A DNA stretch of 64,000 bases from Flavobacteriales bacterium BRH_c54. Lineage in GTDB: Bacteria; Bacteroidota; Bacteroidia; Flavobacteriales_E; Vicingaceae. The DNA lies in assembly GCA_000961845.1 (NCBI GenBank), contig LADZ01000022.1, positions 33,329 to 97,328 on the forward strand, read 5' to 3'. A model generated the notes under the pieces. That model saw nothing but the letters and a program-made list of their open reading frames with translations, searched no databases and had not been told where the DNA came from. The translations under genes and the position numbers were made by a program. Positions within the stretch are counted from its first letter, which is position 1; each line of letters begins with the position of its first letter. Shown here in pieces: positions 30,475 through 41,299 of the stretch.

Positions 30475-30502
30475 TTCTCGAGCGAATTTGTAATGCGTTC
30501 GT
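30475..30502. repeat. Second, degenerate copy of the dnaE-upstream palindrome (ttctcgagcgaatttgtaatgcgttcgt).
   Basis: 16-nt exact match (tttgtaatgcgttcgt) plus the flanking ttctcga with the reverse complement of 2677-2703. It carries a 4-bp deletion relative to copy 1. Confidence 0.5.
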
Positions 30503-30708
30503 TTACTAATATTGGTTTTTAAATAATTAAATATATTTCTGTTACCTAAATCAAAAGATCTTTCGGCTGCATTTTTCTATCCGCCTCCGGCAGATGAAAA
30601 ATTTTGCTCAAGATGACATTCTAGATAAAAAAGCACTTTTAAAAAAATTGTAAAAACATAAGGTATAGTCTTTTTCTTTGTATATTTGTTTCCTTTAAAC
30701 TACAATAT

Positions 30709-31296
30709 ATGGTACTTCTCGACTTTTCTAGTTGGTGGGCAGGAAAAGCTTCTTTCGAACAAGTTTATTGGCTTATAGCTATCCCATCTTCTTTAGCCTT
30801 ACTTGTTACACTTGTTATGACTTTTTTGGGTGGAGATTTTGAAGATGGAGGTGTAGATGAAGATATTTCAGGAGATGACGGGGCTGGTTTTCAATTTTTC
30901 ACCTTAAAAAATTTAATCGGTTTCTTTACCTTTTTTGCATGGTCAGGGTTGGCGTGTATAAAAGGAAATATATCTGTTCCTATCACAATTATGATTTCCA
31001 CCTTTTGTGGTTTGGTTATGATGACGTTGATGGCAGGCATCTTTTACTTTATGTCTAAACTTACAGATGATGGCACGCTTAAAATGACGAACGCTATTAA
31101 TAGAATCGGAGAAATCTATTTACCTGTTATGGCAAATAGAGGAAATATTGGAAAAATTCAGATTAATATTCAAGACAGTGTAAGAACACTGCAAGCCATG
31201 ACAGATGATGACGAAGATTTACCGTTTGGTTCTGTAGTTACAGTTACAGAAGTTATCAATGGAAATATATTATTAGTTACAAAATTTAAAAAATAA
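30709..31296 (+). CDS. NfeD-like membrane protein, partner of flotillin.
   Basis: N-terminal TM segments and a C-terminal OB-fold-like soluble domain. It sits immediately upstream of an SPFH/flotillin gene (2-bp gap). Confidence 0.65.
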   Translation: MVLLDFSSWWAGKASFEQVYWLIAIPSSLALLVTLVMTFLGGDFEDGGVDEDISGDDGAGFQFFTLKNLIGFFTFFAWSGLACIKGNISVPITIMISTFCGLVMMTLMAGIFYFMSKLTDDGTLKMTNAINRIGEIYLPVMANRGNIGKIQINIQDSVRTLQAMTDDDEDLPFGSVVTVTEVINGNILLVTKFKK

Positions 31297-31298
31297 GT

Positions 31299-32702
31299 AT
31301 GGGACAATTTGCCATTATAGGACTATCCTCAGGAGTTTTATTCCTATTCATCTTAATTTATTCAATGTTCAGAAGGTACAAACGTTGTCCTTCAGATAGA
31401 ATATTAGTAGTTTATGGTAAAGTAGGCGCAGGTAGTGATGGCTCACGTTCTGCAAAATGTATTCATGGTGGTGCCGCATTTATTTGGCCCATTATTCAAG
31501 ATTATGAGTTCTTAGACTTAACTCCACTTTCAATTGATATTGATTTAAAAGGTGCGCTAAGTAAGCAAAACATTAGAGTAGATGTTCCATCACGTTTTAC
31601 AGTGGGTATTTCTACCGAACCAGGTGTTATGACCAATGCTGCAGAACGGTTATTAGGCTTACAGCAACAACAAATTTATGATTTAGCTAAAGATATCATT
31701 TTTGGACAGTTACGTTTGGTAGTGGCAACCATGGATATTGAAGAAATCAATAATAACAGAGATAAATTTTTATCCAATGTAACCGCAAATGTTGAAGCAG
31801 AACTTCAAAAAATTGGTTTAAAACTGATTAATGTTAACGTTACTGATATTAAAGATGAATCAGGTTATATTGAAGCATTAGGAAAAGAAGCTGCCGCAAA
31901 AGCCATCAACGATGCTAAGAAAAGTGTAGCAGAAAAAAACAGAGATGGTGCTATTGGTGAAGCAAATGCTTATCAAGACCAAAGAGTGCAAGTAGCCAAT
32001 GCTGATGCTAAAGCTGTAGAAGGAGAAAACATAGCCAAAATTCAGATTGCTAACTCTGAATCATTAAGAAGAGAAAGAGAAGCAGAAGCATTAAAATTAG
32101 CAACTGCCGCAGAAAAAGTACAAGCCGCAAAAGCATTAGAAGAAGCTTATGCAGCAGAACAGCAAGCAGAAAATGCCAGAGCAGCAAAAGAAAAATCAAG
32201 TCAACAAGCTGATATCATTGTTTCAGTGGAAATTGAAAAACGTAAAATAGAAATCCAGGCAGAAGCTGAAGCCGAAAATATTAGAAGAGTTGCTAAAGGT
32301 AAAGCAGATGGTGTTTTATATGAAAAAGAAGCTGAAGCGAAAGGTATTTATGAAGTATTAACCAAACAAGCTGAAGGTTTAAATCAAATTGTAAAAGCTG
32401 CTGGTAATGATGTAAATGGTGCTGCATTATTAATTATTGCCGATAAACTTCAAGATCTTGTTAAACTACAATCGGAAGCAATTAAGAACATTAAGATTGA
32501 TAAAATTACGGTTTGGGATGGTGGCAATGGCGGCAAAGATGGTAAAACCTCTACAGCAAATTTCTTATCAGGCCTTTATCAATCGGTACCTCCATTAGAT
32601 GAAGTCTTTAAAATGACAGGAATGGAATTGCCTAATTACTTAAAAGGAGAAAAGAAAGACGACAAACAATCTAATACAGACAAAAGCAACAAAGCTGAAT
32701 AA
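31299..32702 (+). CDS. Flotillin-family SPFH protein (YqiK/FloA-like).
   Basis: N-terminal TM helix, SPFH domain and a long Ala/Glu-rich coiled coil. Length is 467 aa. Confidence 0.85.
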   Translation: MGQFAIIGLSSGVLFLFILIYSMFRRYKRCPSDRILVVYGKVGAGSDGSRSAKCIHGGAAFIWPIIQDYEFLDLTPLSIDIDLKGALSKQNIRVDVPSRFTVGISTEPGVMTNAAERLLGLQQQQIYDLAKDIIFGQLRLVVATMDIEEINNNRDKFLSNVTANVEAELQKIGLKLINVNVTDIKDESGYIEALGKEAAAKAINDAKKSVAEKNRDGAIGEANAYQDQRVQVANADAKAVEGENIAKIQIANSESLRREREAEALKLATAAEKVQAAKALEEAYAAEQQAENARAAKEKSSQQADIIVSVEIEKRKIEIQAEAEAENIRRVAKGKADGVLYEKEAEAKGIYEVLTKQAEGLNQIVKAAGNDVNGAALLIIADKLQDLVKLQSEAIKNIKIDKITVWDGGNGGKDGKTSTANFLSGLYQSVPPLDEVFKMTGMELPNYLKGEKKDDKQSNTDKSNKAE

Positions 32703-32706
32703 CTGT

Positions 32707-32724
32707 AAATGGTTGAAACCATTT
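32707..32724 (+). terminator. Candidate terminator hairpin after the flotillin gene.
   Basis: aaatggttgaaaccattt (6-8 bp stem) followed by tatagttt. Confidence 0.35.
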
Positions 32725-32992
32725 TATAGTTTAACTATTTTTCAACTTTCTTCATTTTTCTATCCTGAGCGTGTCATATATAAGATCGGAAAAAATTCGT
32801 CCTTTTTTGAATCTTTGATAAGAAACTTACAAAGACGAGGCTTTCGATATTTTTGATTTTAAAGAGTTTACTAAAGTAAATGACTGAATCAAAAATGAGA
32901 ATAACGAAGTATTTGGGAGTTTTCTTGCAAAGACTATACAAAATCCCTAACTTTTTGCGTTTCTTTGCAGTTAAACGCTACCAAGAAGTTTC

Positions 32993-34006
32993 ATGAAGCA
33001 ACCATCAATAAATCAAAAAGATATACATCAGTTATTTGATGATTTTAATCAACTTAATGTATTAATCATTGGAGATGTAATGATAGATGCCTATTATTTT
33101 GGCAAAGTTGATCGCATTTCTCCTGAAGCTCCTGTGCCTATTGTGGCAGTGGAGAAAAGAGAAAATCGCTTGGGAGGTGCTGCCAATGTAGCTCTTAATG
33201 TGCAAGCATTGGGAGGCAATCCTATTTTGTGTTCCGCCATAGGCAACGATGAGGATGGTGCTGCTTTTGAACATCTGCTTACCTCTTCGCAACTTACTGC
33301 TAAAGGACTACTTAAACTCGATAATAGAGTAACCACCGTTAAAACTAGAGTAATTGGCAATAACCACCAATTGTTACGAGTGGATTCTGAAACAGAAACA
33401 CCACTCAATAATCAAGAAAGCAATGCACTTTTTGATGTTATAAAAAACATCATTACCACCGAAAAAGTAGATGTAGTTATTTTTGAAGATTATGACAAAG
33501 GTGTCATCACACCTACGCTCATAGAAAAAGTAGTAGAGCTATGCAATGACAAAAACATCCCGACCACAGTAGATCCGAAAAAGAAAAACTTTTTAGCCTA
33601 TAAAAATGTTACCTTATTTAAACCTAACCTTAAAGAACTAAGAGAAGGATTAAATTTAGACATTAAAACTTCAGACATCAACAGCATCATCAACGCATTA
33701 AAATTATTACACGAAGAACTTCATCCTGCTGCTACTTTAATTACACTGTCTGAACATGGTATGTTAATTTTCAATACTTCTTCTCACCAACATATTCCTG
33801 CTCATATTAGAAATATAGCAGATGTTTCGGGTGCCGGAGATACCGTAATTAGTGTAGCTTCATTATGTTTAGCCTTAAAACAACCTAATGACGTTATTGC
33901 TCAAATTGCCAACCTTGCCGGAGGATTAGTTTGCGAAAAAGTTGGTGTTGTGCCCATCAATAAAAACATTTTATTAAAAGAAACTTTAAACCACTTAGCT
34001 GAATGA
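32993..34006 (+). CDS. PfkB-family sugar kinase, RfaE domain I-like (D-glycero-beta-D-manno-heptose-7-phosphate kinase-like).
   Basis: [13 protein letters not shown]-terminus; GAGDT anion hole near the C-terminus. The stop overlaps the ubiE start (ATGA). Confidence 0.7.
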   Translation: MKQPSINQKDIHQLFDDFNQLNVLIIGDVMIDAYYFGKVDRISPEAPVPIVAVEKRENRLGGAANVALNVQALGGNPILCSAIGNDEDGAAFEHLLTSSQLTAKGLLKLDNRVTTVKTRVIGNNHQLLRVDSETETPLNNQESNALFDVIKNIITTEKVDVVIFEDYDKGVITPTLIEKVVELCNDKNIPTTVDPKKKNFLAYKNVTLFKPNLKELREGLNLDIKTSDINSIINALKLLHEELHPAATLITLSEHGMLIFNTSSHQHIPAHIRNIADVSGAGDTVISVASLCLALKQPNDVIAQIANLAGGLVCEKVGVVPINKNILLKETLNHLAE

Positions 34007-34725
34007 CCGTTATTCCTTACAAAGAAAAACAAGAAACCAAAAAAGAGCAGGTGGCTACCATGTTCAACAATATCTCGCATAAATATGATTTTTTAAATCA
34101 TTTTTTGTCGCTGGGTATTGATATTCTTTGGAGAAAAAAAGCTGTGAGAATGTTGGCTCCTCATCAGCCTAAAAAAATATTGGATATTGCTACAGGAACT
34201 GCCGATTTTGCTATTGAAGCGTTAAAATTAAATCCTGAGGAAATTATTGGAATAGACATTTCTGAAGGAATGTTAAATGTAGGCAAAGAAAAAATTAAGA
34301 AAAAAGGTGTTGACAATATCATCAGCTTAGAACTTGGCGATTCTGAAAACTTACGATTTGAGACTGCTTATTTTGATGCTTATACCGTTGCTTTTGGTGT
34401 AAGAAATTTTGAGAATTTAGAAAAAGGCTTGACAGAAATGTTACGTGTATTAAAACCAAATGGTACAGGAATAATTTTAGAGTTTTCTAAACCAAGAAAA
34501 TTTCCGATAAAACAACTGTATAATTTTTACTTCAATAAAATCCTTCCGGGAATAGGAAAAATGGTTTCTAAAGATACTGCTGCTTACACCTATTTACCTG
34601 AGTCGGTGTATGCTTTTCCTGATGGTGAGGATTTTGTACAACTACTCACAAAAATAGGGTATAAAAATGCAAAAGCAACCACCCTTTTATTTGGAATAGC
34701 AACAATTTACAAAGCAAGCAAATAA
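34003..34725 (+). CDS. ubiE: Demethylmenaquinone / ubiquinone C-methyltransferase UbiE/MenG.
   Basis: [16 protein letters not shown] and LDIATGTAD motifs. Confidence 0.9.
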   Translation: MTVIPYKEKQETKKEQVATMFNNISHKYDFLNHFLSLGIDILWRKKAVRMLAPHQPKKILDIATGTADFAIEALKLNPEEIIGIDISEGMLNVGKEKIKKKGVDNIISLELGDSENLRFETAYFDAYTVAFGVRNFENLEKGLTEMLRVLKPNGTGIILEFSKPRKFPIKQLYNFYFNKILPGIGKMVSKDTAAYTYLPESVYAFPDGEDFVQLLTKIGYKNAKATTLLFGIATIYKASK

Positions 34726-34772
34726 TTTTAATTAGATTCCGTTATGTTTACCCAATAACAAAAAAGAAACGA

Positions 34773-35507
34773 GTGAAATCTATAAAAATCATATTAATTC
34801 TACTTTTCACCCTTTGTTTTGTTGATGCTGATGCACAGACATACAACAAAAGAGAGCATACCAAAAACTTACCTAAGTTTGAGAAACGCTTTATGCACTT
34901 TGGTTTTTTATTAGGCTATAACATTGCCAATTTTGTGGTTAAAAGAGACCAAATAGACTTAACCACCAACGATTCTCTAATGATTTTAGAACCGAAAACC
35001 GCACCGGGTTTTAACTTAGGAATTATTTCAGAATTGCACATGGGCGATTATTTCGGTTTGAGGTTTACGCCCAACTTAGCTTTCTCCTCCAGAAGTTTAA
35101 TTTACACTTTTGAAACCATGAAAGGGGTAGAAACTTATCAAAAAGACATTGAATCTACCTTAATTAATTTCCCCTTAAACATTAAATACAAATCTGCCCG
35201 ACTAAATAACTTTAGTGCTTACATTATTGGCGGTGCTGCTTATACCTTAGATTTAGCTTCTAATGCCGATGCCGATAATTTTTCTACCAAACTAAGTGAT
35301 ATTATTGTAAAACTAAAACGAGATGATATTGTAGGACAAATAGGTTTTGGAACAGACTTTTACTTGCAGTATTTTAAGTTTGGAATAGAACTAAAAATGT
35401 CGTACGGATTGTTTAACCTATTAGAAGATGATGGCACCGCACTTTCCACTCCTATTGGTCAATTACGTTCTAAAATGTTTTTGCTTTCTTTTACTTTTGA
35501 AGGATAA
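34773..35507 (+). CDS. porT: PorT/SprT-family outer-membrane beta-barrel protein (T9SS-associated).
   Basis: 244 aa, signal peptide, beta-barrel pattern. The ubiE-porT adjacency is typical of Bacteroidota. Confidence 0.55.
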   Translation: MKSIKIILILLFTLCFVDADAQTYNKREHTKNLPKFEKRFMHFGFLLGYNIANFVVKRDQIDLTTNDSLMILEPKTAPGFNLGIISELHMGDYFGLRFTPNLAFSSRSLIYTFETMKGVETYQKDIESTLINFPLNIKYKSARLNNFSAYIIGGAAYTLDLASNADADNFSTKLSDIIVKLKRDDIVGQIGFGTDFYLQYFKFGIELKMSYGLFNLLEDDGTALSTPIGQLRSKMFLLSFTFEG

Positions 35508-35606
35508 AAAAAACTGCATTTCAGATTTTAATCTTCCATGCAGTTCTTAATTACGGTGTAAACTTTCACATTAAAAACCACCGCTTTTTTTTTTATAGAT
35601 TAATAA

Positions 35607-37235
35607 TTATTTTATTACTGTCTCCACCATTTTTAAGGCTTTTAACTCTTCCAATTCTTTAGAGGTAATACCTTCAATATCGTTGCAATCTAGACATGTT
35701 AACCCTTGCTCTAACATCACCCATTTTCTACCAACCATTTTCTTATCATAGGTATTAGTAAAGTTGTCTATATCATAAATTAGCTCTTTGGTAGATTTAT
35801 CTAAATAAATACTTTGATAAAGTGGTAAGTACACCGTAATTTCTACTTGCTGACCTCTAATCTTATGTTCTTTATTGGTAGCTAAATAATCAGGAAAAAA
35901 TAGTATCGAATCATTAAGCTGATGAACATAGTTAATCGCTTTAGCTTTGTTCAGTGCATCTTTCGGGCTTTTTCCGTGGGAAGAAAAATTAGTGGTTATC
36001 ATCATGCTGTCGTTTTTACTTCTTTCAACAGATAGTTCCACAAATCGTTGATACATCATATCTCCTTCAATAGAAATACTGGTAAATTTATCTTCTAAAA
36101 CACCTTGTCCCGGCATTTCTGTAATGTTGGTTTTAATTACATAAGTGTTAAAATCAGGCGAAATAATTTCTGTTTTTTCAAACTCTTCTTCGGCAGACAT
36201 TTCTACAGCTAACCTCGTTCCTACCATAAAAGCTAAAATAGTTCCTACCACCAACAACCCTACAAAAGTCAACCCAACACTATAGTGAGATCTAACCTTA
36301 AACAACATTCTGATAGACAGAAAAATTAAGCCTATTACAGGCACGCCAATTAATAAAAATACAGCTATAGATGCCAAATAAAATTGATCTTGATTTACAA
36401 AAATCAAATTAAAAAAATCTTGTGATGCCATGGAATAAACGCCATCATTAGAAATTGAAAATATTGCTGTAGAACCAAAAAGTAATGCTAATAAAACTAC
36501 CAACATAAAAGTTCCTACAAACAAGAAAGCAATCCCTAACACTTTCCCGAAAATATTGAAAACAGCTGTAAAGAAACTGGCAATTGCCATTACAATATTC
36601 TCTAATACTGTTCCTGCTTTTGATGAAAACTTGTTAGTATCAACATTTTGTAGTTTCTCACCCACTTTTTGAGCTTCAGATTCAAAAGCTTTACCAATAT
36701 TTTTAATATTGATAGGTTCTCCACGCATTTTTAATTTTTCAGCAGTGGTTTTAGCTTCAGGCATTACTATCCATAAAATAATGTAAGTTAGAATACCAAA
36801 ACCCATAAAAAATGCAGCAACAAAAAACAGTCGGACCCAAACAGTATCTAAGCCAATGTAGGCACCTAATCCGGAAGCTACACCTCCTAAAACTCTATCA
36901 TCAGGGTCTCTAAAAAGTTTTTTATCCTCTCTTTTTCTGTGCGTTTTTTGAGTAGGAATTTCTTCCTCTTCATCTGTTAAATACTGCTCAGGTTCTCCCA
37001 TAATAACAATTACTTTATTTACATCTGCCATTACAATTACCTGGTTTTTATCATTTTGAGCTTCAGCAAAAATTTCTGCCACTCTAGCTTCTATATCAAG
37101 CATGATTTCTTCACGCTCTTCAGAATTATTGAAATAGCTTTTAATGGTATTTAAATAGACTTTAAGTGCTTCATAAGCATCCACTTCTATATGAAAAACT
37201 ATTCCACTTATGTTTATTGTTAATGTTTGGTTCAT
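35607..37235 (-). CDS. PspC-domain membrane protein.
   Basis: KLFRDPDDRVLGGVASGLGAYIGLDTVWVRLFFV is a PspC domain. Several TM helices and a long C-terminal domain. Confidence 0.75.
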   Translation of the reverse strand: MNQTLTINISGIVFHIEVDAYEALKVYLNTIKSYFNNSEEREEIMLDIEARVAEIFAEAQNDKNQVIVMADVNKVIVIMGEPEQYLTDEEEEIPTQKTHRKREDKKLFRDPDDRVLGGVASGLGAYIGLDTVWVRLFFVAAFFMGFGILTYIILWIVMPEAKTTAEKLKMRGEPINIKNIGKAFESEAQKVGEKLQNVDTNKFSSKAGTVLENIVMAIASFFTAVFNIFGKVLGIAFLFVGTFMLVVLLALLFGSTAIFSISNDGVYSMASQDFFNLIFVNQDQFYLASIAVFLLIGVPVIGLIFLSIRMLFKVRSHYSVGLTFVGLLVVGTILAFMVGTRLAVEMSAEEEFEKTEIISPDFNTYVIKTNITEMPGQGVLEDKFTSISIEGDMMYQRFVELSVERSKNDSMMITTNFSSHGKSPKDALNKAKAINYVHQLNDSILFFPDYLATNKEHKIRGQQVEITVYLPLYQSIYLDKSTKELIYDIDNFTNTYDKKMVGRKWVMLEQGLTCLDCNDIEGITSKELEELKALKMVETVIK

Positions 37236-37259
37236 GATTGTCGTTTTGAAAGTTTGTTT

Positions 37260-37595
37260 TTATTTTTTAGTTGGTTTTCTGGTAATTTCTACAGCAGCTA
37301 CAAGGTCGTCCCAAGTTGTTGCTAATTCTTCTAAGAATTTTTTACCTTTATCAGTAAGTTGATAATACTTTCTGGGTGGTCCTGATGTAGATTCCTCCCA
37401 ACGATAAGAAAGCAAATCGGCATTTTTTAATCGAGTTAAAAGCGGGTAAAGTGTTCCTTCTACTACTATTAACTTTCCTTGTTTTAGTTGCTCAATTATC
37501 TCTGACGGATAGGCTTCTCCGTTGTTGAGAATAGAAAGAATGCAATATTCCAGCACTCCCTTTCTCATCTGAGCCTGTGTATTTTCTATGTTCAT
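37260..37595 (-). CDS. PadR-family transcriptional regulator.
   Basis: LEYCILSIL..YPSEI..LYPLLTRLK winged-helix signature. Confidence 0.85.
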   Translation of the reverse strand: MNIENTQAQMRKGVLEYCILSILNNGEAYPSEIIEQLKQGKLIVVEGTLYPLLTRLKNADLLSYRWEESTSGPPRKYYQLTDKGKKFLEELATTWDDLVAAVEITRKPTKK

Positions 37596-37596
37596 A

Positions 37597-37944
37597 TTAA
37601 ACTATTTTAATTTTTATATTAATGTGGTAAACAATACCTTTTTCAAGTACACAAATGTCTTCTCCCAATAATTCCAACTGTTGTTTTACATAAGCTGTAA
37701 CTTCTTTTTTGTTTCCCGAAATGTTTAATACTTCAATTTGGTGGTTGGCATTTATTTTAAATTCTACTTTTACCACTCCGCTGTTAGATTGCTTTTTTAA
37801 ACTTTCCGGCAATTTTAAATTATTTTCTAATTTATCTTCTAACAAACAACTGTTATCGTCATTCTCAATGGTGGTAGCATTTGCTTTAGTAGTTATTAAA
37901 ATACTACTCATTAAAAACATGGCTACCATTATTACTTTTTTCAT
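37597..37944 (-). CDS. Secreted hypothetical protein co-transcribed with PadR/PspC.
   Basis: Signal peptide. 1-nt gap to the PadR gene. Confidence 0.4.
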   Translation of the reverse strand: MKKVIMVAMFLMSSILITTKANATTIENDDNSCLLEDKLENNLKLPESLKKQSNSGVVKVEFKINANHQIEVLNISGNKKEVTAYVKQQLELLGEDICVLEKGIVYHINIKIKIV

Positions 37945-38211
37945 TTTATCTTTTTTTTAAATGTTATACAAATTAATTTACATTGCAAAGATATATACAA
38001 AAACTAATACTATGCAATACAAAGTAGTATAAAAAATTACAACAAACTGATTATCAATAAGTATAATTTTAAATTATTTTTTTGAGGGGTGAAAAAAGAG
38101 TGTTTTTTGCTTGACTTTTATTCTCTTTAGGTGGTAAATTTTGTCCGAAATCGTGTGTTTTTGGATGAAAAATCAACTTTTTAACTCCTAAGTAATTTAA
38201 GTACTACTTAA

Positions 38212-39495
38212 CTAATACTTGTACTTATCTTTCCAATTTTCTTTAAGGAAATTCCTGATGCTACTTTCTTTAGCATTATTACCTGGTTCGTAAAACTTGG
38301 TGTTTTTAATATCATCGGGCAGGTACTCTTGTTGAGCAAAATTGCCTTCATAGTTATGTGAATACATGTAGTTTTTCCCGTAGCCTACTTCTTTCATTAA
38401 TTTTGTTGGAGCGTTTCTTATATGTAGCGGAACAGACAAATTTCCTGTTTTTTGAACCAATGCTTGGGCTTCATTTATGGCCATATAAGAAGCGTTGCTT
38501 TTTGGTGAAGTTGCTAAATAAATAGCTGTCTGCGATAAAATAATTCTAGATTCGGGCATGCCAATAACATTTACTGCCTGAAAACAATTGTTGGCAATTA
38601 CTAAAGCTGTAGGATTTGCATTTCCAATATCTTCAGAGGATAAAATCAATAACCTTCTCGCAATAAATTTAGGGTCTTCGCCTCCTTCTAACATTCTAGC
38701 AAGCCAATAAACAGCTGCATTGGGATCACTACCTCTAATAGATTTAATAAAGGCAGATATAATATCGTAATGTTGATCGCCCGTTTTATCGTAACGCACT
38801 AAATTTTGCTGAATAATTTCCATTACCAAATCATTGGTAATAGGCGTTTTATCATCAGGCAAACTGTTTACTACAATTTCAAGGGTATTGAGTAATTTTC
38901 TGGCATCTCCTCCCGATAATTGCAACAGCGTTTCGTATTCTTTAATATTTATCTTTCTTTTTTTGAGGTATTCATCTTGAGTAAGAGCAATATCTATTAA
39001 CTCTAACAAATCTTCCTTGGTTTGTTCTTTTAAAATATAAACTTGGCAACGCGATAAAAGAGCTGAAATTACCTCAAAAGATGGATTTTCTGTTGTTGCT
39101 CCTATAAGTGTAATAATGCCTTTTTCTACTGCTCCCAACAAAGAATCTTGCTGCGACTTGCTAAATCTGTGAATCTCATCAATAAACAATATCGGATGAT
39201 TCGTACCAAAAAACTGTTGCGATTTAGCTTTATCTATTACCTCTCTTACCGCTGCTACACCTGAATTAACTGCACTAAGGGTATAAAAAGGTCGTTTTGC
39301 ATATTGAGCAATAATGTTAGCTAATGTTGTTTTTCCTACTCCCGGTGGTCCCCAAAAAATCATGGAAGGAATAGTTCCCATCTCTATCAGCTTACGCAAA
39401 GTACTTCCTTCGGCAACAAGGTGCTTTTGTCCCACATAATTCTCAAAAGAATTGGGTCTAAGTCGTTCTGCTAATGGAATAGATGGTTGCAACAT
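38212..39495 (-). CDS. rarA: Replication-associated recombination protein A (AAA+ ATPase).
   Basis: GPPGVGKTTLA Walker A and a MgsA C-terminal domain. Confidence 0.9.
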   Translation of the reverse strand: MLQPSIPLAERLRPNSFENYVGQKHLVAEGSTLRKLIEMGTIPSMIFWGPPGVGKTTLANIIAQYAKRPFYTLSAVNSGVAAVREVIDKAKSQQFFGTNHPILFIDEIHRFSKSQQDSLLGAVEKGIITLIGATTENPSFEVISALLSRCQVYILKEQTKEDLLELIDIALTQDEYLKKRKINIKEYETLLQLSGGDARKLLNTLEIVVNSLPDDKTPITNDLVMEIIQQNLVRYDKTGDQHYDIISAFIKSIRGSDPNAAVYWLARMLEGGEDPKFIARRLLILSSEDIGNANPTALVIANNCFQAVNVIGMPESRIILSQTAIYLATSPKSNASYMAINEAQALVQKTGNLSVPLHIRNAPTKLMKEVGYGKNYMYSHNYEGNFAQQEYLPDDIKNTKFYEPGNNAKESSIRNFLKENWKDKYKY

Positions 39496-39510
39496 GTTCT
39501 CTTTAACTTT

Positions 39511-40272
39511 TTACAATTCAATACTTACCGGACAATGGTCTGAACCATCAACTTCCATGTGTATGGCAGCCGATTTCACTTTTGGTAAAAAGGCTTTACT
39601 AACCAAAAAATAATCTATCCTCCAGCCTACATTCTTAAAACGAGCACCTCCCCTATAACTCCACCAGCTGTACATATCTTTTTTTTCAGGGTAAAAGTAT
39701 CTGAAAGTATCTACCAATCCGGCATTTACAAAGTTACTCATACCATCAATCTCTTGTTGCGTATAACCAGCACTTTTGTTGTAATTAGCAGCAGGCCTAG
39801 CTAAATCTATGGCTTTATGAGCCACATTAAAATCTCCACAAACAATTACAGGTTTTTTGCTTTCTAATTCTTTCAAAAAGTTAAGAAAATGAGCATCCCA
39901 ATTTTGTCTGTCGTCTAATCTCGATAAATCTGTTTTAGAATTGGGAACATACACCGTAACTAAATAAAAATCATCAAACTCGGCAGTAGTAACCCGCCCT
40001 TCTTTATCGTGTTCTGTTTGGTTAATATCAAAAAATACGTTTATAGGTTCTTTTTTAGTCAAAATAGCTGTTCCCGAATATCCTTTTTTTTCAGCAGAAT
40101 TAGAATAAATATGATAACCTTTTAATTCCGCTAAAGCCTCTTGTACTTGGTCATCTTGAGCTTTAGTTTCTTGCAAACACAACACATTTGGCTGATATTC
40201 ATCAATAAATTCAAAAAAATTCTTCTTAACGATGGCCCTAATACCATTTACATTCCAAGAAATAAGTTTCAT
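39511..40272 (-). CDS. xth: Exodeoxyribonuclease III.
   Basis: MKLISWNVNG...LCLQE; EEP-fold motifs. Confidence 0.9.
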   Translation of the reverse strand: MKLISWNVNGIRAIVKKNFFEFIDEYQPNVLCLQETKAQDDQVQEALAELKGYHIYSNSAEKKGYSGTAILTKKEPINVFFDINQTEHDKEGRVTTAEFDDFYLVTVYVPNSKTDLSRLDDRQNWDAHFLNFLKELESKKPVIVCGDFNVAHKAIDLARPAANYNKSAGYTQQEIDGMSNFVNAGLVDTFRYFYPEKKDMYSWWSYRGGARFKNVGWRIDYFLVSKAFLPKVKSAAIHMEVDGSDHCPVSIEL

Positions 40273-40345
40273 TTTAATAATTAGTTTGTGAAGTTAATTC
40301 TATTATTTTTGTTGTTCAAAATTATTCAATTTAAACCTTAAAACC

Positions 40346-41146
40346 ATGAACGCACACGAAATTGATTATAAAATATTTGGCGATGACATGCAATGTGTAG
40401 AAATAGAACTAGATCCTCAGGAAACAGTTATTGCCGAAGCCGGAAGTTTAATGTATATGGATTCCAACATTAAAATGGAAACTATTTTTGGTGATGGCAG
40501 CAGTCAAAACCAAGGAATAATGAGTAAGTTATTTTCGGCAGGAAAAAGAGTATTAACAGGCGAAAGTTTGTTTATGACTACCTATACCAATCAGGGAATT
40601 GATAAAAGACATGCTACTTTTGCTGCTCCTTATCCGGGAAAAATTGTTCCTATCGATTTAAGAGCTTATAACGGTAAAATTATATGTCAGAAAGATGCTT
40701 TTCTGTGTGCAGCCAAAGGAGTAGCTGTTGGCATTGAATTTCAGAAAAAATTAGGTACCGGATTTTTTGGTGGTGAAGGTTTTATTATGCAAAAATTAGA
40801 AGGTGACGGATGGGCATTTATGCATGCCGGAGGAACTATTATAGAAAGAGACTTACAACCCGGTGAAGTACTTAATGTGGATACTGGTTGTATTGTAGGG
40901 TTTACCCAAACTATAAATTACGACATTAAATTTGTTGGTGGCATTAAAAACACCTTATTTGGTGGCGAAGGTTTCTTCTTCGCTCAACTTTCCGGTCCAG
41001 GTAAAGTATGGATTCAGTCCTTACCGTTTAGCCGTTTAGCCGACAGAGTATTAGCTTCAGCTCCAAGTTATGGTGGAAACCAAAAAGGTGAAGGTAGTAT
41101 TTTAGGTGGTTTAGGAAGAATGTTAGATGGTGATAGTAGATTTTAG
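40346..41146 (+). CDS. TIGR00266/AIM24-family protein (DUF124).
   Basis: Repeated GGEGF blocks and family-typical length. Confidence 0.7.
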   Translation: MNAHEIDYKIFGDDMQCVEIELDPQETVIAEAGSLMYMDSNIKMETIFGDGSSQNQGIMSKLFSAGKRVLTGESLFMTTYTNQGIDKRHATFAAPYPGKIVPIDLRAYNGKIICQKDAFLCAAKGVAVGIEFQKKLGTGFFGGEGFIMQKLEGDGWAFMHAGGTIIERDLQPGEVLNVDTGCIVGFTQTINYDIKFVGGIKNTLFGGEGFFFAQLSGPGKVWIQSLPFSRLADRVLASAPSYGGNQKGEGSILGGLGRMLDGDSRF

Positions 41147-41238
41147 ATTAAGTAGTTATCAGGCGCGGTAAGAAAATCCTTTAATTCTAAGGTTATTAAT
41201 CCAATATATTTTCACCATAAAAAGATAAAATTGAGCAA

Positions 41239-41271
41239 ATTGTTATTATTTTGATTAAAAAAACTATTTTT
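41239..41271 (+). promoter_or_regulatory. Candidate Bacteroidota-type promoter (TTG-N22-TATTTTTG) for the TPR gene.
   Basis: TAnnTTTG -7 box (tatttttg) about 28 nt upstream of the ATG at 41300; TTG 22 nt further upstream. Confidence 0.3.
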
Positions 41272-41299
41272 GCAACCCTATAAAAAACAAGAAAACAAA

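Noticed and set aside
35508-35606. Possible bidirectional terminator between porT and the PspC gene.
   Set aside because: actgcat...atgcagt has an 18-nt loop and no convincing U-tract. The following T10 run lacks a preceding stem. It is too weak to call.
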